Shown here: one piece after another, positions 58,937-64,000 of the stretch
Numbering within the stretch: the stretch's first letter is position 1
How the letters are laid out: each line of letters begins with the position of its first letter
Assembly: GCA_951406725.2 (NCBI GenBank)
Contig: OX597824.1
Coordinates: forward strand, 69,998,001 to 70,062,000
Direction: 5' to 3'
From: Octopus vulgaris
Taxonomy: Eukaryota
Length of the DNA stretch: 64,000 nucleotides
Notes under the pieces: generated by a model
Told to the model about the DNA's origin: nothing
Seen by the model: the letters and a program-made list of their open reading frames with translations, nothing else
The model's database searches: none
Translations under genes and position numbers: made by a program

Positions 58937-59493
58937 GCCCTGATGCAATACCAGGCAATGACATTTATGGCTTCTCATCTTAACTGATTGGAAGTGTTAT
59001 TGTGTACATTGTTTTGTCTTGGTATAAAAGATGGGCTACAGCAAATATTCTGCTCAATACCATAGATTTGCTTATCAGTTGTTTGACCTTAACCAGTTGA
59101 GCATGGCCCTTAGTGGCTGACGAAATGTGCATCTCTGATCACGAGCAGAAGTAGTTGGGGAGCATCATAGCCATGTGTTGAGAGGAATTCTTTGGGGTTT
59201 GAATAATTCACCTTTGGAAAAATGGGTGTTTCGTTCAACATCCTTAAACAACCCTTATTCAGGAATCTTTTGAGCGGGATGGGCTACTCGACCTAAAGAA
59301 AATTCTAACTGGGCTCCACCTGCAAGGTCATGTGCTGTTTATCTTGATATGAGGTCACGATGTCGCGCACATATGGTTGTGATGCATGTGCCTGGTGTAC
59401 CCTTACCAGACGGGTAGTCATGATGGGTCTAATGGGCTTCGTACATTTTACCCCAGTGTCACTTTGATGGCATGCACTGCTCTCTCACTCAAT
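58933..59493. mobile_element. ~560-bp complex-sequence island embedded in (AAT)n; probable non-autonomous element
   Basis: Sharp boundaries with (AAT)n on both sides, higher GC than the surroundings, no convincing ORF. Confidence 0.45.
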
Positions 59494-59541
59494 GATAATG
59501 ATAATAATAATAATAATAATAATAATATTAATAATAATAAC

Positions 59542-59610
<69 letters not shown>

Positions 59611-59647
59611 TATAAGGGGGAGGAGGGAGAGGAGGAGGAGGAGGAGG

Positions 59648-59980
59648 ATTTCTTTTATTTACCACAAGGGTCATCACAAGGACAACCTGCAGTTTGTATA
59701 GGGATTTACGTAAAAGACGGTGAAATTAGGCAAAAGTATACATAACATGCAAAGTATGTAATAAAATAAATGCTGCAATAGACCTGGTACAGGAGAACCT
59801 CCAGCGAGGGCCAATGAAGGAACCCACTGACCCAGGATTACCCTGACTACCGATGGCACGAACCCTCACTGAACTGTTGTTCTCCAATATAAAGGCGCAT
59901 GCTTAGAGTAGGTTCATTCATTCTAAACATCTTTGCCACGTTCACTCACCATTTCACAAATTCTCTGGGAGAGACCACAT
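59648..59980 (-). mobile_element. LINE 3' end, Tx1/L1-like, second copy
   Basis: ORF remnant SPREFVKW*VNVAKMFRMNEPTLSMRL; the 3' end reads CCCTTGTGGTAAATAAAAGAAA. Confidence 0.55.
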
Positions 59981-59989
59981 GATTTTAAT

Positions 59990-60184
59990 AAGACTGTGGG
60001 CATGCTGGGGTACCCCCTTCAAGAATTGTTTTCGTCGAAGGAATCGATCTCAGTACATATTTAATTAAGCTTGGAACTTATTCTATCGGTTTCTTTTGTT
60101 GAACAGTTAAGTTATGTGGACGTAAACACACCAACACTGGTTGCCAAATGGCGGTGGTAGCCAAATACAAACACACACACAGAT

Positions 60185-60258
<74 letters not shown>

Positions 60259-60307
60259 CGATAGATAGACAGACAGACAGGCAGGTAGATAGATAAATAG
60301 ATAGATT

Positions 60308-60371
<64 letters not shown>

Positions 60372-60438
60372 TACATATATACATACATAATACATACATA
60401 CATACATACATACATACATACATACATACATACATACA

Positions 60439-60469
<31 letters not shown>

Positions 60470-60610
60470 GCGACGGGTTTCTTTCAGTTTCTGTCTACCT
60501 AATCCATACACATGGTTTTGATCAGCTCGAAGCTATAGTAGAAGACACCTGTCCAAGGTGTCACGTAGAAGGACTGAACCCGAATCCATGTAGTTGGAAA
60601 GCAAGCCTTT
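59990..60610 (-). mobile_element. SINE family B with an internal (GATA)n/(TACA)n expansion
   Basis: Tail half at 59990-60180 and head half at 60470-60610. Confidence 0.75.
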
Positions 60611-60693
60611 CCCTAATAGTTCTTTCTAACACAGATACAAGTCTGGAAATTTGAGCGAAGAGTTTAATTGATTACATGGACCCCTAAAGTTCA

Positions 60694-60736
60694 ACATAAA
60701 CAAACACATGCACACATGCATGTGCATATATACACT

Positions 60737-60814
<78 letters not shown>

Positions 60815-61331
60815 AGATAAAACCTTAACTATGAGGACAATACAATAAATCAAATATGGAGGATTAAACCAAGAAGAGCAGACGACATTTTAAAGAGAAG
60901 AAAGAGGCAAAAAAATTGAAGGAATAAATCAGTATATGCATGCATAAAGGAATAAATGAATGAAAATTTTATCGGGAAGGATGAAAGACAAAGTTGACTT
61001 CGGCAGAATCTGAACTCGGAATGCTAGCAGTAGAAGGAAATACGTACCGATAAGCATTGTGTACGACGCACTAACGCTTTTGACAGCTCATGGCTTTACT
61101 AATTACGATGTTAGCCACAAATGCAACCACAGAATAAAACGAAAATAAGCTATCCAAAAAAACAAAAACAAAACAAAAAAGCAATTAATTTAATATATTA
61201 ATGATAAAGAGAAATGGAAGGAAAATTCCGTAATGTTTGAGGCTAAAAAGCTACAGGAAGAACAACTACTTATGCTGCTGCTGCTGCTGCCACCACCACC
61301 ACCACCACCACCACCACTACTACTACTACTG

Positions 61332-61363
<32 letters not shown>

Positions 61364-61701
61364 GCTGCTGCTGTTGCTGCTGCTACTACTACTACTACTA
61401 CTACTAATAATAATAATAATGATGATGATCATCATCATCATCATCGTGGTGGTGGTGGTGGTGGCGGTGGGGTTACTGGGGGTGATAATGATGGTAAGGA
61501 TGATAATAATGGTAAAGGATGATAATGATGGTAAGGATGATAATGGTTAATAATGGAAATCATAATAATGAAACCAAAGAAAAATAGGGGAAAAAAATCT
61601 GTAATTTCTGCAAGTGCTTTGAACCACACACATATATCATGTACATATACAAATATATACATAAACAAGCACATGCACACATGCATGTGCATATATACAC
61701 T

Positions 61702-61740
<39 letters not shown>

Positions 61741-61916
61741 ATACACACACACACACACGTGAGATAAAACCTTAACTATGAGGACAATACAATAAATCAA
61801 ATATGGAGGATTAAACCAAGAGGAGCAGACGACATTTTAAAGAGAAGAAAGAGGCAAAAAAAATCGAAGGAATAAATCAGTATATGCATGCATAAAGGAA
61901 TAAATGAATGAAAATT
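60694..61916 (+). repeat. Direct repeat of about 260-275 bp (60694-60968 and 61659-61916)
   Basis: Near-identical unique sequence GTGAGATAAAACCTTAACTATGAGG...GAATAAATGAATGAAAATT. Confidence 0.9.
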
Positions 61917-62427
61917 GGAAGGAGATATATTAAACAGAAAATGAACGAGAAAGAATAAGAATAAGAAAGAAACAAGAATAAGAAAGAAGGAAAACACGAA
62001 GAAGAGCGAAATAGTGAAGATAATGTAGAAAGAAGAGAGATTAAGGAATAACAATGAAAAAGAGAAGTAATGGAGGATAGAAGGAAAAGAAGAAAGGAAA
62101 AGTGGAGGAAAGAAAGAAAAAATGAATGAATGAACGATTTTGAAGAAAGACAAGTGTTAGAATAAAAAAGAGGGAGAACGAGGAAAGACAGTGTAACAAA
62201 GGAAAGAAAAATAATAAAATACCGCAAAAAAAAATATTAAAAGATTAGTCAAAAGGATAAAATGAATACACTAAATGCGTGAGAGAGGTGGGAGGGAAAA
62301 TAACACTAAAATTACCCACAAAAAAGGAAAAGAGAAGGAAAGAACAAAAGAAGATACAATAATGAAACTAGTAATGATAAAATTAAATAGTGAAAACAAT
62401 AATGTAATAAAATGATACAAATGTGAG

Positions 62428-62467
<40 letters not shown>

Positions 62468-62596
62468 TATGTGTATGTGTGTATGTGTGAGAGAGAGAGA
62501 GAGAGAGGGGGAGAGAAAGAAAGAGAGGGAGTGAGGAAAACGAAAAAAAAACAAACAAGGAAAACACTGTATAAGTTAAGCAACAACGATATCAGT

Positions 62597-62629
<33 letters not shown>

Positions 62630-62676
62630 AGCTACAAAATAGAGAGAAACAAAAAAAACAGAAATTCCATATAACT

Positions 62677-62709
<33 letters not shown>

Positions 62710-62830
62710 GCAAGCAACAACGACAGCGACAACAATGAAAAACAACACCAACAATAACAACGACACAATGGAAAAACGAAACACATGTAACTTAAACAGG
62801 AACAGCAACAATAACGTGTATATGTGTGTA

Positions 62831-62831
<1 letters not shown>

Positions 62832-62896
<65 letters not shown>

Positions 62897-62928
62897 CATT
62901 ATTATTATTATTATTATCATCATTATTA

Positions 62929-63005
<77 letters not shown>

Positions 63006-63016
63006 CTACATGCACA

Positions 63017-63079
<63 letters not shown>

Positions 63080-63116
63080 GTGTATATATATATTTATATG
63101 TATATATCTACGTATG

Positions 63117-63152
<36 letters not shown>

Positions 63153-63266
63153 TGTATCCTCACAAAGATGTGAAGATTTTATACAAAAGTAAAGTCTTAT
63201 CTGCACGCGTACTTCGGGCAAATATACATACATACACATACATGCATATATATGCATACATACCTG

Positions 63267-63319
<53 letters not shown>

Positions 63320-63321
63320 AC

Positions 63322-63354
<33 letters not shown>

Positions 63355-63381
63355 TAAATATATATAGAGATATATATAGAG

Positions 63382-63464
<83 letters not shown>

Positions 63465-63590
63465 TACATATATGTATGTATGTACAAAGAGAAAGAGAAA
63501 TAGAGATACATATGCATATATCAGAAAAGATTATCAATATTGTTAGTATTATTACTATTATCATTATGTCTTTATCATTATGTGTGTGCG

Positions 63591-63640
<50 letters not shown>
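62832..63640. repeat. (ATT)n, (TA)n, (TATG)n and (GA)n microsatellites
   Basis: Directly visible. Confidence 0.95.
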
Positions 63641-63645
<5 letters not shown>

Positions 63646-64000
63646 GCATACATATATTCACACGTCCATATAAACACATATACACACACGTAAGTACACA
63701 CAAACATACACATGCTTACATACAACACGGTGAATACTTTCCTCCATATTTTTTCGATATACTTTTTCTTTTTTTATTTTTCATTATTTCTGTTATGTGT
63801 TTTATTATTTTTCTTACCGTTACTTTCACTCTCCAGATCTCTAAATGTTTATTTATTTATTTTATTTATTTATTTTATTTATTTATTTATACATTCATTT
63901 ATTTATTTATTCTTCTCTTTTATTTGGTAAGATCGAAGATTTTTCAGATAAATTCTGCTCTTAACATAATTGATATCACCAAACCAACACTTGCAGTTTG

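Overview
AT-rich, repeat-saturated eukaryotic DNA, intergenic or intronic. I infer a coleoid cephalopod, most likely Octopus, from the SINE families and the extreme microsatellite load; this was not confirmed by a search. I found no intact host protein-coding gene, and almost all ORFs in the supplied track are translations of microsatellites or SINEs. The window contains dozens of copies of three tRNA-derived SINE families (here A, CORE-like; B; C, Meta/MESC-like). It also holds decayed retroelement fragments: a Penelope GIY-YIG C-terminus, two R4/Dong-type restriction-like endonuclease ends, an RTE 3' end and Tx1/L1-like 3' ends. The main signal is a set of type I hammerhead ribozyme motifs with palindromic stem III, spread over several unrelated non-coding blocks that mostly sit between (TA)n runs. 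The best case is a near-identical, highly self-complementary 491-bp tandem repeat (29456-30273) with one hammerhead per unit. It is predicted to release a 491-nt monomer, i.e. a candidate retrozyme or circular-RNA element. All structures were read by eye and coordinates of degraded repeats are approximate.
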